Of a stretch of DNA of 64,000 nucleotides, positions 1 to 11,326 are shown one piece after another. The translations under genes were made by a program, and so were the position numbers. This stretch comes from an uncultured Gemmatimonadales bacterium. GTDB taxonomy: Bacteria; Gemmatimonadota; Gemmatimonadetes; Gemmatimonadales; GWC2-71-9. A model generated the notes under the pieces. It had not been told where the DNA came from, ran no database searches, and worked only from the letters and a program-made list of their open reading frames with translations. The stretch lies in the NCBI GenBank assembly GCA_963779755.1, contig CAVZZO010000001.1:636044-700043 (forward strand). Direction: 5' to 3'. The stretch's first letter is position 1, and every line of letters starts with the position of its first letter.

Positions 1-264
1 TCCGAGCTGCGACAGCTCCGCCGCGGTGAGCGATTGGCACGGCTGGTTGTTGAAGGGCACCTTGGGCACCTTCGGCGGCTTCGGCTTGCCGAAGGGGAAC
101 ATCGTGTCGGCCGCCGCCGAATCTACCGCGTCAGCCGCGGCGTTGAGCGAATCGACCGCCGCCTGCGACTGCCCCTTGCCGCCCTTGCTGCACCCGACCA
201 GCGCCAGTGCACCGAGCACAACCGCACCGAGCGCCCCGATTCGAACCACCCGTGAACTCTTCAT
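1..264 (-). CDS. Lipoprotein, 3' end runs off the window edge (partial)
   Basis: ATG at 262-264 (minus strand). My translation is MKSSRVVRIGALGAVVLGALALVGCSKGG..., with a signal peptide and a lipobox (LVGC). The frame stays open to position 1. It is absent from the ORF track because it is edge-truncated. Confidence 0.5.
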   Translation of the reverse strand, partial: MKSSRVVRIGALGAVVLGALALVGCSKGGKGQSQAAVDSLNAAADAVDSAAADTMFPFGKPKPPKVPKVPFNNQPCQSLTAAELSQLG

Positions 265-403
265 GGGGAAGATCTCTCCGGACGAGGGTGAACCGACCAA
301 TTCTGGCACCCGCCACGAAGATATATCCCTGGAAGCCGCAGCGTGCAGACCGCACCCCCTGTCTCCCTCTCCACGGGGGGACCGGACTGAAGCGTCGTCG
401 GTT

Positions 404-637
404 TCAGCCCAGGTGGCGCCCAGCGGCTGTCATGGTTGGGCCGGCGGAGGCGCCGGGTGGATACTCCACCATGATCATCATGGTTTCCTTGCCCGGCAGG
501 TCCGGCAGCTGTTTCGTCATGAGCGGCGTGACCACGGCTTCCTGGGCGACGAGCCGGCCGCCGACGGCGCACAGCAGAACGGCCACCAGCGCCGCCCGGC
601 GGACAGGCGTACTGCGTTTCGCGCGGTTGTGGCTCAT
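404..637 (-). pseudogene. Signal-peptide cupin-like protein, apparently truncated
   Basis: AAGGAG lies upstream of the ATG at 637. The product MSHNRAKRS..AALVAVLLCAVGG..MIMVEYPPGASAGP resembles the start of a cupin barrel but stops after 77 aa. The intact paralog at 5867..6325 is 152 aa. Confidence 0.3.
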
Positions 638-716
638 GGGAGATTGTCTCCTTTGAGGGCGTCCCGGCTCACCCGCCCGGGCGCCCTCGTACGTTGAATG
701 CGTGAGGCCCGCCGGT

Positions 717-1508
717 CTAGCGAACGGCTTTGGCCGCCTGTGGTGTAGCCGCCTTCGTGCCGCGCGGGGCCCGGCTCCGCCACTCTTCGAGGGTGATCTC
801 CCCCAGCTGCGCATCATCTCCCGGTACCAGCATGCGGTCGCTCAGGACCTGTCCGAAGTAACGCGCCTGCTGGTCGGCGATCACCTTGCGCGGGTCCTTC
901 CGAGCCGCGAGGGTCTGCCGGATCAGCTCGTCGAACTGAAACTGTTCCGGCCCGGCCACTTCCACCGTGCCGTTGACCGGCGGTCCCATGGCCACGCGCG
1001 CCACCGCCTTCGCCACATCATCGGCCGCTATGGGCTGGAACCGAACCGGCGCGACGCGAACGGTGGTGCCGACGGTCGCCGCGTCGGCGATGCGATCGAT
1101 GAATTCGAAGAACTGCGTGGCATGGACGATCGAGTACGGGAGTCGGGAGGCCTTGATCAGCGCCTCCTGGGCGACTTTGGCCCGCATGTAGCCGCTCTCG
1201 GTGAATCGGTCGGTACCCACGACCGAAAGGGCGACGTAATGGCGGACGCCCGCCGCGGTGGCGGCTGCGAGGATGTTGCGGGTCGAGGTGGTGAAGAAGC
1301 GCATCGCCGCCTCGTCCTCGAAGGAAGGGGAGTTCGAAACGTCGACCACCACCTCAGCGCCGGCCAGGGCCTGCGCAAGGCCCTCGCCCGTCAGGGAATT
1401 GACCCCCGTGTCAGGTGAGGCGGGGACGACCTCGTGGCCGTTCTTCCGGAGGTCAGTGACGACCCTGGAGCCGATGCGGCCCGTCCCGCCGATAATCACG
1501 ACTTTCAT
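717..1508 (-). CDS. NmrA-like / atypical SDR NAD(P)-binding protein
   Basis: N-terminal Rossmann motif MKVVIIGGTGRIGSRV. 263 aa, a length typical of the NmrA/HSCARG family. Confidence 0.85.
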   Translation of the reverse strand: MKVVIIGGTGRIGSRVVTDLRKNGHEVVPASPDTGVNSLTGEGLAQALAGAEVVVDVSNSPSFEDEAAMRFFTTSTRNILAAATAAGVRHYVALSVVGTDRFTESGYMRAKVAQEALIKASRLPYSIVHATQFFEFIDRIADAATVGTTVRVAPVRFQPIAADDVAKAVARVAMGPPVNGTVEVAGPEQFQFDELIRQTLAARKDPRKVIADQQARYFGQVLSDRMLVPGDDAQLGEITLEEWRSRAPRGTKAATPQAAKAVR

Positions 1509-1538
1509 GATTGAGTCCGGTTCAGGTTACAGTGTTGA

Positions 1539-2411
1539 TCAGCGCGTCGCCGCAGCGACCATCTTGCTCCGCGGACTCGGTGCCGTATCCAGGCTCCGCA
1601 GGAAATTGAGGAGCTCGGTGTTCACCTCATCCTGATGCGTGGCGGTGATGCCGTGCGGCGCGCCGGGGTAGTAGACGTCCTGGGCGCCCGGAATGAGCCG
1701 GGCCGACTTCACCGCCGAGTCCCGCACCGGGACGACCTGGTCGTCCTCACCGTGCAGGATCAGCGTCGGGACGTCGAACTTCTTCAGGTCTTCGGTGAAG
1801 TCGGTCTCGCTGAAGGCCTTGATGCAGTCGTAGGCGTTCTTGAGGCCCGATTGCATGCTCCAGACCCTGAACTGATCCAGGATGCCCTCGGAAACCTTCG
1901 CTCCCGGGCGGTTGGCCCCGTAGAACATGTGGGCAAAGTCCCGGAAGAACTGCGAGCGATCCGCCGCCAGACTGGCGCGCAGCCCGTCGAACACCTCGAT
2001 GGGGATGCCTTCCGGGTTGGCGGCCGTCTTCAGCATGAGGGGCGGGACCGCCGCGATCAGCACGGCCGCGGCCACCCGCTCGGTGCCGTGTCGGCCGATG
2101 TAGCGGGCGACTTCTCCGCCGCCGGTCGAGTGGCCCACCAGCGTCACACCGGTGAGATCCAGGGCCTCGATCACCGCCGCCAGGTCGTTGGCGTAGGTGT
2201 CCATGTCGTTGCCGTCCGACGTCTGGGTGGACCGGCCGTGGCCCCGGCGGTCGTGCGCGACTGCGCGGAAGCCGTTCTGGGCCAGAAACAGCATCTGGCC
2301 GTCCCACGCGTCGGCATTCAACGGCCACCCGTGGGAGAAGACGACGGCGGGACCGGCGCCCCAGTCCTTGTAGTAGATCGCGGTGCCGTCCGGCGTGGTG
2401 ATGGTACTCAT
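1539..2411 (-). CDS. Alpha/beta hydrolase (non-heme haloperoxidase / arylesterase type)
   Basis: Start trimmed to [18 protein letters not shown], with AAGGAGG just upstream. Nucleophile elbow GHSTGG. The C-terminal HG..THQDEVN is typical of this family. Confidence 0.9.
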   Translation of the reverse strand: MSTITTPDGTAIYYKDWGAGPAVVFSHGWPLNADAWDGQMLFLAQNGFRAVAHDRRGHGRSTQTSDGNDMDTYANDLAAVIEALDLTGVTLVGHSTGGGEVARYIGRHGTERVAAAVLIAAVPPLMLKTAANPEGIPIEVFDGLRASLAADRSQFFRDFAHMFYGANRPGAKVSEGILDQFRVWSMQSGLKNAYDCIKAFSETDFTEDLKKFDVPTLILHGEDDQVVPVRDSAVKSARLIPGAQDVYYPGAPHGITATHQDEVNTELLNFLRSLDTAPSPRSKMVAAATR

Positions 2412-2515
2412 GGTTGCCTCCTTGGAGGGAAGGTTGGTCTGCAAGGAGGAAGATCGGGCCCGGGGAGGCGGGTCGCGTCCGTTGAACTCCCCAGTCAGGA
2501 CCCCAGCCGGCGGGG

Positions 2516-5302
2516 TCAGTGAAGAGGCTGGAGCTGCTCTAGGCTGGACAGTGCGCCCCGGAGGCTCCGGCGCGACTTGATCCCCAGCTTGGTGAAGACC
2601 TTCCGCAAGTGGTACTCGGCGGTGCGGGGACTGATGAACAGCTGGCTGCCGATCTCCGGATTGGTGTGGCCCTCCGCCGCGAGCCGGGCGATCTGGGCCT
2701 CCTGGGGCGTCAGGTGGTTCCACACTGCGGCCGTACGCTTGCGCACGGTCTCCCCGGTGGCCCGCAACTCGGTGAGGGCACGTTCGGCGAAGGCGTTGGC
2801 CCCGATGCGGCCGAGCAGCGTGTGGGCGGTCCGGAGTTGCTCACGCGCATCCACGCGCCGGTTCTCGCGCCGCAGCCACTCGCCGTACAGCAGGTGGGTG
2901 CGCGCGAGATGCACCACGATCCGGGTACGTGCCAGCCGGTCGATCGCCTCCCGGTACAGGGCGTCCGCGGCGGTGCCCTCGCTGAGGAGCGCGCGAGAGC
3001 GGGCCAGCACACCCAGCGCCCATTCGGTGCCGGCCGCGCGGGTCCGCCGCTCGAGCTCTTCCAGGGCCGCCGCTGCCGCATCCCCGGCGCCGCTCCGGGC
3101 ACCCGATTCGACCAGCTCGACCAGCGACCAGCCGTAGAAGCCCAAGTCTTCGAAATCGCAGGCACGCTGGGCCCCGGCGAGCGCGGCCGGGTAGCGGCCG
3201 AGCCCGTTGTACAACACGGCGGTCACATAGCCGATCAGGCCGATAGCCCGCCCCTCCCCCCGGGCCATCGCGTCCCTGGTACAGGCCGCGATCATGCGTA
3301 CGGCCGGCGCCTCCTGGCCCCGCCAGGCGGCGAGGATCAGATGGGTGTAGCGGAGGGGCGGATACCCCGTGGCCGCGGTAATGGCATCGGCTTCCTCCAG
3401 CAGCTCCGAGGCCGCGTTGAACTCGCCGGCGTGCACGTGCATGCCGGCGCGATAGCTCAGCGCAATGGGCAGAGTCGTGAGGGCCCCGGCCTCGCGCGCC
3501 ACCCGCACCGAGCTGGTCGCCAGGTCGTGCCAGGCCTCGTCGTCCCACACCTCCAGGGCGAGTGGCTCCGGGGCCACCGGGCACGCGGTCCACAGCCAGT
3601 GCAGGGTACCCGTCCGGCTGTGGCCCCGACGCTGGCGGAGGGCGAGGAGCGCCTCCCGGAGCGGCTCCACGCCGGAGAGGTACCCTTCGGTGAACAGCCT
3701 GGCGACGGCGTCGAGCAGGCCATCGTCGGGCAGCGGCGTGGGTAACCTGGGCGGCGCGGTCCGGGCGGCTTCCGCTGCCTGCCGCACCGCCAGGCGTCCC
3801 AGCCGGCCGACGAAGATCGCGGCGCCGATCGCCTCGAGGTAGGTGTCCCGAGCCAGGCCCGCATCGAGGCTGACGAGATGTGCGGCCGCCTCGAGCAGCA
3901 GGGGAGGAGCGTCGCTGCCCCGGTTCCGCGCGAAGACGATCTCGGCCCGCATGCGCGCCATCTGCGCTCCCTGCAGTTCGTCCAGCGGGCCGATGGCGGC
4001 GGCCGTAAGGAGGCGGTCGGCTGCCTCCGCCGCTCCCGCCCCGAGCATGGCCCGGGCGGCCGCCAGGGCCCGGGTTGCCCGCCGGGCCGGATCAGGCGTC
4101 AACTGACTGGCGCGTTCCAGGAACGCGGCCGCGGCCGCCATCCCACCCCGGGCCTGAGCCCGGACGGCGGAGCGTTCCAGCTCGCCGGCGACCGGTTCAT
4201 CCGGGCCCACCGCGGCGTGGGCCAGATGCCAGGCGCGCCGGTCAGGGTCGGCCACCGGATCGGTGGCGTCCGCCAACGCCGCGTGAATCGCCTGGCGTTC
4301 CGGCAGAGTTCTCGCGCGGTACGCCGCCCGCCGCAGCAGCGGATGGCGGAAACGGACGCGGGCGCCGAACTCGACCAGCCCGGCCGACTCGGCGGGCCCG
4401 GCTGCGCCGGCGCCGATGCCCAGCCCCGCGGCGGCTCGCCACAGCAGCGTGACATCGCCCACCGGATCGGCCGCCGCGATGACCAGGAGGCGCTGGGTTT
4501 CCCCCGGCAGCGACCGAAGCTGGCGGAGGAAGCTCTCTTCGATCCGCGTTCCCAGGGCATCGGGATCGGGTGGGGCGAATCCGCCCGCCAGCTCCGTCAC
4601 CGTCAATCCGTTCGGTAGCTCCAGGAGGGCCAGGGGGTTGCCGCGGGCCTCGGAGATAATGCGGTCCCGCACCTGCTCGTCCAGGCGTCCGGGGAGCACC
4701 GAGCGCAGCAGCGCCCGGGCGTCGCTGTCGCCCAGACCGGGCACCGTCAGCACCGGCAGGCCCTCCAGCTCCGGCCGATCGGCGGGGACCCGAACCGCAA
4801 ACACCAGCCCAACCGCCTCGGCGAGGAGTCTCCGCGCTACGAAGGCAAGCACCTGGGCCGACGCCTGATCGAGCCATTGGGCATCATCCACCAGGCAGAC
4901 GACGGGGCCGTCCCCGGCCACGTCGGACAGCAGGCTCAGGACGGCCAGCCCGACGAGAAACCGATCGGGGGTCGGGCCGGAGGACCGGCCGAACGCAGTG
5001 TTGAGGGCATCCTGCTGCAAGGCGGGGAGATGCGGCAGCCGATGCAGCATCTGAGCACAGAGCTGCTGCACGCCGGCGAAGGGAAGCTCCATCTCGGACT
5101 CGACGCCAATGGTCCGGGCGAGGTGGCATCCGGCCGCGGTTTCCGCCAGGTACTCCAGCAGGGCGGTCTTGCCGACGCCGGCCTCTCCTCGCAGCACCAG
5201 TACCTGGCTGCGGTCGGCCCGCACTTCAGCAAGCAGGCGATCGAGCGTTTCACGCTCACCGCGCCGGCCATGCAATACCGGCACGGGATGCAGGGTGGAC
5301 AT
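2516..5302 (-). CDS. Large ATP-binding LuxR-family (LAL-type) transcriptional regulator
   Basis: N-terminal Walker A motif [12 protein letters not shown], a long helical/TPR-like middle, and a C-terminal LuxR HTH ([45 protein letters not shown]). Start trimmed to MSTLHP. Confidence 0.9.
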   Translation of the reverse strand: MSTLHPVPVLHGRRGERETLDRLLAEVRADRSQVLVLRGEAGVGKTALLEYLAETAAGCHLARTIGVESEMELPFAGVQQLCAQMLHRLPHLPALQQDALNTAFGRSSGPTPDRFLVGLAVLSLLSDVAGDGPVVCLVDDAQWLDQASAQVLAFVARRLLAEAVGLVFAVRVPADRPELEGLPVLTVPGLGDSDARALLRSVLPGRLDEQVRDRIISEARGNPLALLELPNGLTVTELAGGFAPPDPDALGTRIEESFLRQLRSLPGETQRLLVIAAADPVGDVTLLWRAAAGLGIGAGAAGPAESAGLVEFGARVRFRHPLLRRAAYRARTLPERQAIHAALADATDPVADPDRRAWHLAHAAVGPDEPVAGELERSAVRAQARGGMAAAAAFLERASQLTPDPARRATRALAAARAMLGAGAAEAADRLLTAAAIGPLDELQGAQMARMRAEIVFARNRGSDAPPLLLEAAAHLVSLDAGLARDTYLEAIGAAIFVGRLGRLAVRQAAEAARTAPPRLPTPLPDDGLLDAVARLFTEGYLSGVEPLREALLALRQRRGHSRTGTLHWLWTACPVAPEPLALEVWDDEAWHDLATSSVRVAREAGALTTLPIALSYRAGMHVHAGEFNAASELLEEADAITAATGYPPLRYTHLILAAWRGQEAPAVRMIAACTRDAMARGEGRAIGLIGYVTAVLYNGLGRYPAALAGAQRACDFEDLGFYGWSLVELVESGARSGAGDAAAAALEELERRTRAAGTEWALGVLARSRALLSEGTAADALYREAIDRLARTRIVVHLARTHLLYGEWLRRENRRVDAREQLRTAHTLLGRIGANAFAERALTELRATGETVRKRTAAVWNHLTPQEAQIARLAAEGHTNPEIGSQLFISPRTAEYHLRKVFTKLGIKSRRSLRGALSSLEQLQPLH

Positions 5303-5527
5303 AGCAGCGCCGTGGCTGGGGGGAGGAGCCCTCGGCTGGGCCAAGCACAATATTATAACGCCGTATGCCCGCCACCCCGCAGGGGACTCAAGTCACACCA
5401 TTGGTAGAGGCGGCAAGAGGTAAGGCGTGAGGCACACCGTCATTGCGAGGGCACGCAGCACCCGTGGCGATCTCATGGCCTCGCGGCGGGTGGGCTGTCT
5501 TGCCCGGCTGGTCGGGTCTTGTGGAAA

Positions 5528-5698
5528 TGAAACCGCAGATTTGGCAGACTTGCGCAGATTGATCTCCGGTATTGCATCCTTCCGCCGGCCATCCCTGCTC
5601 CAGGAAGACGAACAACAGGAAGTGGAAGGACGGCAATCCGGCATCGCTCCGCGGAGCCACGCGAATGACCGGAGCAGATCCGCGTAATCTGCGGTTTC
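5528..5698. repeat. MITE-like element with GAAACCGCAGAT...ATCTGCGGTTTC terminal inverted repeats
   Basis: The ends are inverted copies of each other. It belongs to the same family (ATCTGCGTAATCTGCG motifs) as 29540..29714 and 59717..60230. A GTCATTGCGAGG..GCGATCTC motif sits just upstream at about 5438. Confidence 0.5.
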
Positions 5699-5866
5699 AT
5701 CAGTCTTTTCCTGAATCCTGCTCCGGCCATTGCCACACGCCGGCCGCGGCCGGCCACGCCGAGTCGAGGCGCTCAGGACTCGAGGCGGAGTCAGTCGAGC
5801 CTCCCGGGCGCAGTCCGCCCCCGCCACGAACCGGTCCGCGTTCGCGGCAGGGGCGGGAACCGATCT

Positions 5867-6325
5867 CTACGGGTGCGTGGCGTCCTGCTGCTGCCCGCTC
5901 GGGTCGTCCGCCGGGTTCACGTAGGTCAGCTGGAACGGCCCCCTCGAGTGAACCTGCACCACCGTGCGCCCCTTCGTGATCACGTAGTGATTCATGTGCG
6001 CCGGCAGGTTGACGTACCCGCCGCTGGGCAGCGGCGCCGTCTTGTCCACCTTCAGGGTGTCGCCCATGCCGTACATCAGCGTGCCCTCGATCACCGTCAC
6101 GAATTCATCGCTGGGATGGGAGTGGGCGGCAATCCGGTAGCCGTCCGGCATCTCCAGCCGCACGGTGAACTCTCCGGCCTTGCCCGGATCGCCCTGGAGC
6201 ACGGCCATCCGGGAGCCGGCGGGAAAGACGGCGGGTGCCGGGCCCCAGGCTGGGGCGGGCGCCTGGCCCTGGGCCGACGATACACCCAACGCCGCGCATG
6301 CGGCGACAGGGATGAACCAGCGCAT
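5867..6325 (-). CDS. Secreted cupin-domain protein
   Basis: Signal peptide MRWFIPVAACAALGVSSAQG. Cupin motifs HSHPSDEFVTVIEG and NLPAHMNHY. Confidence 0.8.
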   Translation of the reverse strand: MRWFIPVAACAALGVSSAQGQAPAPAWGPAPAVFPAGSRMAVLQGDPGKAGEFTVRLEMPDGYRIAAHSHPSDEFVTVIEGTLMYGMGDTLKVDKTAPLPSGGYVNLPAHMNHYVITKGRTVVQVHSRGPFQLTYVNPADDPSGQQQDATHP

Positions 6326-6923
6326 AAAGCCTCCCTGGCTTGTGGACGACTGCGGTGGGTCCTGCGGTACCAGGTTGAGCTCCTCGTCCTAACTCTGCTG
6401 ATCCGGGCAAAACGCGCAAGAGGGGAATTGTCCGTGTGTCCTGTTGCTCGCCGTGTCGCGACCTGCCTCGGCATCGCGGGAGCGCTGGCGGCAACCGCGG
6501 TGGCCGGTTTGCTCGGGCCGGTGCGCCGGGTGCTCCGGCTTCAGCCGATAAGTGCGATCCGGCTGGAGTAGCGGCCCATCCCCGGCGGCTTAACGCTTGA
6601 AGGGAAGCCGGTGGGCGTGCTTCCCCATGCACCTTCCGGCTGCAAACCGATCGGAACCGGATTTCCGACAGGTCGTCACCCGCGCGGCCATGGGTAACGC
6701 CGCTCAGCCATTCTTGTCACTCCGTGGCGGGCTCCCGGCGACCAGCATACGCTCTGCGAAGTCGAGGCGTTCCTGCAGTTCGGCCACCTGTGCGCGCATA
6801 TCGTTGAGACCGTCAGTCAGCGCGTCGACCGCCGCTCCCGCAGCAAGCCCCGGGGCTCCCAAAGTCGCCCGCGTGCAAGATATCCCGCGCGGCCGTGACG
6901 TGCGAACGCTCCGCTCAGCTACG

Positions 6924-8756
6924 TCAGTCCCCGGGCCGCGCGCCCGGGTCGCCCGGTCCGGCGGAGAGACGGCGCGAACCGGCCGCCGGGGAGGGTGATG
7001 TCCCGAACACTGATGCCGAGTGCAGGTCCCCCTCCAGCGCGGCGAGCAGCCCCTCCAGTTCCGTTCGGCCCTGACGCAGGGCATGGCCATATCCCCAGCG
7101 GCATCCCGCCAGCGACAGCCCGCCGGCCAGCGCGGCGCCGCCCACGGCCACCATCGCGGCGAACGGACCCAGCGCGACAGTCAGCCCGAGCCCGGCCCCG
7201 GCGGCGGCCCCGGCCGACCCCGCCAGGCTGGTGACCCACTTGTCCACGGTCCATGCCTTGCGCAGCCCCCGCCGGAGATCGCCCGACACCGTGACTTCGC
7301 ATCCGGTCACGGGTGCGCCCAGCGGTTTCAGTGCCACGTGGAGCTGCTCCAGCTCGAGCTGCGTCATCCGGTGGCTGAACAGGCCCCTCGCCCCGTCGAA
7401 CGCGACGATGGCGGACCGCAGCATCGGCACGTTGAATACGAGGATGCCGCCGTCGAGGGGATGCCCGCCGACCGTGTCGCGCAACTTGAGCCCGTAGGGG
7501 AGCGCCGGGAACACCCGCCCGATCGCCTCGAGCACCGCGGCGGGTGTCGCCGGGATCACGCGCGAACAGGAGATGCTGCGATCCCGCGTGCCCAGCATCC
7601 GGGTCAGCCGGCGCTCCTCCCGATCCGAGAGGTCCGCTGACCGTGCCCCCGATCCCGCCGGCCGCTCCGCAATGGCCATGGCCACGAATTCCGCCGCGAT
7701 GCCCGCCTCCTCCGCCGCGCGTTCCACGTCCTGCAGTCGATACCCGTTATTCGCCGGGCCGGCCGCAGGCGCACTCCCTGACGCAGGCTCCCGGTATCGC
7801 GCCTGCAGCCTGGTGGTGGCCTCCGCCTGCAGCTGGGCGGCGCGCGACCAGATGGCGCGGGCCTGATCGGTGCTCACCACCTCCGCCAGGGAGCCGGCGG
7901 CCGCCGGCAGGGCCGCCGACCGCAGCGCCGTCTCCAGCGCCTCGGCAAAGGCCTCCCCGGTGGGATACCGGTCGGCGGGCTGCTTGCTGAGACTCCGGTC
8001 GACGACCGCCACGAGTGCGCCCGGCACGTCCGGCGCGACGGACGCCAGCGAGGGGGCGGGGCGCGTCACCTGCTGTGCCATCACCGACGCGGCCTCCGCT
8101 CCCTCGAACGGCAGTCGGCCGCTCAGGATCTGGAAGCCGACGACGCCGAGCGAGTAGAGATCGCTCCGGCCGTCGAGGGTGTCGCCGGCGGCCTGCTCCG
8201 GACTCATGTAGTGGGCCGAGCCGAGCACCATGCCGCCCTCCGTCAGGGGGGTGGCCCGCTGGTTCTGCGCGATGCCGAAATCCGTCACGACGGCGCGATT
8301 GGCGCCGCGCTCGATCATGATGTTCTCCGGCTTCACGTCGCGGTGGACCACGCCACGGGCGTGCGCGTAGGCCAGCGCCCACGCCGCCTCGCGCAGGACC
8401 CGCACCGCCTCCGCCGGCGGGAGGGGGCCGCGGGCCCGGACGCGCTCGGCCAGATTCTCGCCCTCCACGAAGCCCATGGCGAAGAAGGCCACGCCGTCGA
8501 TCTCGTCGGCCCGGTAGATCGGCACGATATTCGGATGGGCGAGCTGGGCCGAGGTGCGCGCCTCGCGGAGGAACCGCTCGCGCAGCTCGGGGCTGGCCGC
8601 CAGCGCGCGGGGGAGAACCTTGATGGCCACCGGCCGGTCCAGGCGGACATCCCGGGCCAGGTAGACCACCCCCATCCCGCCGCGCCCGAGCTCCCGCTCG
8701 AGCGTGTATTGGCCGGCAAGCAACGCCTGCAGTGGGGCGAACGATTCAGAAGTCAT
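6924..8756 (-). CDS. Ser/Thr protein kinase with C-terminal membrane-anchored domain
   Basis: Hanks kinase motifs: GRGGMGVVYLA, AIK, HRDVKPENIM, DFG, SPEQ. The C-terminus has a Gly/Ala-rich hydrophobic segment. Confidence 0.9.
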   Translation of the reverse strand: MTSESFAPLQALLAGQYTLERELGRGGMGVVYLARDVRLDRPVAIKVLPRALAASPELRERFLREARTSAQLAHPNIVPIYRADEIDGVAFFAMGFVEGENLAERVRARGPLPPAEAVRVLREAAWALAYAHARGVVHRDVKPENIMIERGANRAVVTDFGIAQNQRATPLTEGGMVLGSAHYMSPEQAAGDTLDGRSDLYSLGVVGFQILSGRLPFEGAEAASVMAQQVTRPAPSLASVAPDVPGALVAVVDRSLSKQPADRYPTGEAFAEALETALRSAALPAAAGSLAEVVSTDQARAIWSRAAQLQAEATTRLQARYREPASGSAPAAGPANNGYRLQDVERAAEEAGIAAEFVAMAIAERPAGSGARSADLSDREERRLTRMLGTRDRSISCSRVIPATPAAVLEAIGRVFPALPYGLKLRDTVGGHPLDGGILVFNVPMLRSAIVAFDGARGLFSHRMTQLELEQLHVALKPLGAPVTGCEVTVSGDLRRGLRKAWTVDKWVTSLAGSAGAAAGAGLGLTVALGPFAAMVAVGGAALAGGLSLAGCRWGYGHALRQGRTELEGLLAALEGDLHSASVFGTSPSPAAGSRRLSAGPGDPGARPGD

Positions 8757-8907
8757 CGAGGAGGCGCAACCTCACGGGCATCGTCGTTGTCGCGTAGCGA
8801 GCGGTGCCGGTATCGATCCTGGGCATCTGCGGGATGCCGGCACCGCCTTCGAGCCGTGTCCGCCATCGGAGATCACGTAAGGTACTCTGATACGCCGGTG
8901 CTGATCA

Positions 8908-9858
8908 TCAGTCTTCCCGCGGACTCGCGCGGACAATGTCATCATCCAGGCCGGGAAGCACCCACAACGCCGCCAATCGCCACTCGCCCGCCTGGCGGGC
9001 CAGCACCCAGGTACCGCGGGCGTACCGTACCGGTACCAGCCGCGCCGCGGCTTGCGGCAGTGCACCGGTGCCGATGACGTTGAGCAGGGCCACATCGGGT
9101 GCGATCATCCGGATCTGATCGACAATCATGAGCGCCCGGTAGGGCCGGGGATCGCCGAAATAGGTGCGCCACCAGCGGCGAATGGCGTCGCGGCCGCGGA
9201 TCGGCGGGAGATTGCGGATGAGGATTTCCGCATCGGGCCGGTAGAGGGCGCTCAGAGCTGCCGGGTCGTGGGCATTGAAGGCGTCTTCGTACGCCGCCAC
9301 AAAGGCCCGCAGACCGGGCCGGAACGCTTCGGCGGCTTCACGGGAGTCATGGAGAATCACCTGGTCCGCTTCCGTGGGCAGGCCGCGCATGGCCGCAATG
9401 CACCAGGCGCTGTCCTGCCGGTGCCAGAGCCAGGTCCCCCGGAACTTTCTGGCCCGCAGCGGGCCGCCCTGGTCATCCTGTCCGCCGGTTGTCGTCCCGA
9501 CCGTCATCACGGCGACGTCGGGCGTAAGGAAGCTGACCGGACTCACGTCCAGCGTCAGCTGCCGGCCGGGTTCCTGCCGCCTGAAGTACTCCCGCCACCA
9601 GTCCCCGATCTGCCGCCGGCCGCTCACCGCCGGCAGGTTGCCCATGACGAAGTCCGCGTCCTCGGTAAAGAACGCCGAGAGCGCCCGCCCGTCGTGTGTA
9701 TTCCAGACGTGCACGTAGGCTTCGGTACGCGCCTGGAGGGCAGCGCTGTCCCGGGCGGTCTGTGCCGGCAGGGCGCTGGGCCAAGCAGCGAAGCACAGGA
9801 TCGTTGCCAGCGTGGCGCCGCAGGCGGCCGTCAGGTGTGGACGTCCAGATCTCGCCAT
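8908..9858 (-). CDS. Secreted protein with two tandem SnoaL-like/DUF4440 (NTF2-fold) domains
   Basis: Start trimmed to MARSGRPHL, with GAGGAGG upstream. It has a signal peptide and two repeats of the pattern ...W.R.FF...L.V..V......DVA.... The 447-aa track ORF fuses it to an upstream gene fragment. Confidence 0.8.
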   Translation of the reverse strand: MARSGRPHLTAACGATLATILCFAAWPSALPAQTARDSAALQARTEAYVHVWNTHDGRALSAFFTEDADFVMGNLPAVSGRRQIGDWWREYFRRQEPGRQLTLDVSPVSFLTPDVAVMTVGTTTGGQDDQGGPLRARKFRGTWLWHRQDSAWCIAAMRGLPTEADQVILHDSREAAEAFRPGLRAFVAAYEDAFNAHDPAALSALYRPDAEILIRNLPPIRGRDAIRRWWRTYFGDPRPYRALMIVDQIRMIAPDVALLNVIGTGALPQAAARLVPVRYARGTWVLARQAGEWRLAALWVLPGLDDDIVRASPRED

Positions 9859-9859
9859 G

Positions 9860-10251
9860 CCGCAACCTCCTCTCGGTTGGGGGCATCCGGTGGCCGACGG
9901 CGCCGGGCCCGAGGCGGCGGGTTTCTCCGTCTCCCACCTCCACCTCGACTTCTTCAGCAGCGACACTGCCCCTTCCGGGGTTCCGATAGGTGAGGTGGTT
10001 CTCAATACCCGCATCATAGGCGTTCGGCCCCAAAGCCTCCTTCTTACCCTCTCTATGTAGGGTCCAAGTTGCCACACGATGTTGCCGGCGGTCAGCGCTT
10101 CAAGTGTCGCAAGGTCATGTTCCTTGCTGGCCCGGGCATACCGCTCGAACTGTTGGACCACGCCAGGGGGGTGGACGCACCCCGCCAGCGTCAGCGACGC
10201 GGCCGAGAGCAGAACACCTGGAACGGCGAAGCTCCAGAAACGCGTCGTCAT
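9860..10251 (-). pseudogene. Possible frameshifted SnoaL-like lipoprotein gene
   Basis: The product MTTRFWSFAVPGVLLSAASLTLAGC has a lipobox, followed by an NTF2-like N-terminus (EHDLATLEALTAGNIVWQLGPY). The frame then degenerates, and a plausible continuation (EGKKEALGPNAYDAGIENHLTYR) lies in another frame near 10060. Confidence 0.3.
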
Positions 10252-10390
10252 GTCTCCAATCTTCTCATCCTTCTTGCCCGTCTAACGGCGAATGAGTTCA
10301 GCGGCTGTGCCCGGCAGCGTTTGAGAGCTACTCACCTAACGGACGGCCCGCGTGTTGGGACCCGGCGACGCAAACGGAGCCGCCCCCCTA

Positions 10391-10852
10391 TCAATGCTCC
10401 GTCCCGGGCATTATTCCAATCTGCCGGAGAAAGGCCACATTGTCCCAGCTCACCCAGGTCTCGGCGATCTTCCCGTCCTCGAGCCGCTGGATGACGATGT
10501 TCACCAACTCGAACTTCTTCCCCGTGGCCGGTAGATCTCCGAGCGCACCGACCTGGGTTCCGGTCATGGTCTCGACGTAGGCGACCCGGTCGCCGTCGGC
10601 GATCATCTGGCTGAGGGTGTCGTGGTGATCCGGCACCGCCTGGAGCCAATCCCGGATGAAACCGAGGAACTCCTTCGTCCCCTGGAGCTCCTGGAGTTCG
10701 GGGGGCATGGCCTGGCAGTGGCGGACGTAGCTCGGCGAGAGCTCGGCCGCGAAGGCTTCGACGTTGCGGTCGTTCAGTGCCTCATGGGCTCGTCGAACCA
10801 CCTCCACGTTGCGGTCTTCGGTCTCTTCGCGCGTCGGGTTCCCGGGCTCCAT
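10391..10852 (-). CDS. Ester cyclase / SnoaL-like polyketide cyclase family protein
   Basis: Start trimmed to MEPGNPTREE, with AAGGAGG upstream. The pattern NVEVVRRAHEALNDRN...GDRVAYVETMTGTQ...KIAETW is typical of the ester cyclase family. Confidence 0.85.
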   Translation of the reverse strand: MEPGNPTREETEDRNVEVVRRAHEALNDRNVEAFAAELSPSYVRHCQAMPPELQELQGTKEFLGFIRDWLQAVPDHHDTLSQMIADGDRVAYVETMTGTQVGALGDLPATGKKFELVNIVIQRLEDGKIAETWVSWDNVAFLRQIGIMPGTEH

Positions 10853-11034
10853 GTCTGCCTCCTTTGCTCCGGCAACGGTGACTGCGTCCAATCGCCGCCG
10901 CGTCACTCCGGGATCGTCATCAGGCCCCGGATCATCGCAGATTCCGGCATCCGCTCCGCAGAATGCTTCTCAGGAAGCAGGTAGCCTTTCGAGCACTGCG
11001 TTCTGCAGTGCCGCCTGGCGCATCTTGGACCTGC

Positions 11035-11160
11035 AAGGACCACCTCCTCCAGTCCCGAAATCATCTTACGAACCGCTACCGAATTCCACAACGTTGCCAA
11101 CGGCCCCGCCGCGAGCAGGCCCGGCGGGCTCCGCCGGCCGGGGTTGTCACGGCTGAGTAC
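11035..11160 (-). other. Relic D: degraded intI 3' end plus attI-like sequence
   Basis: On the minus strand it reads VLSRDNPGRRSPPGLL, compared with the intI C-terminus [16 protein letters not shown]. This is followed by GTTGTGGAATTC..GATGATTTCGGGA..GCAGGTCCAA, which is alignable with 54675..54763. The CTAAC crossover motif is missing. Confidence 0.45.
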
Positions 11161-11326
11161 GCTGCCCAGCCGCCCCGAGAGAAGGCAGGTAGAGCACAGA
11201 AGTATCGCATCAGACTCTGGCAAGTCTGCCGCGGGCGGGGAAGGTGGCTGGCGGGGATTCTTCATTTCAGTGACAGGCATGGCCGAGACACGGCTTCGGT
11301 CGAGAGGGGGATCCTGGCTCCAGTTC

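Noticed and set aside
6704-6920. Possible small gene downstream of the kinase, ending ..MRAQVAELQERLDFAERMLVAGSPPRSDKNG
   Set aside because: The C-terminal motif looks protein-like, but I could find no convincing start codon or ribosome-binding site, and the track ORF overlaps the kinase 3' end. It is left unannotated.
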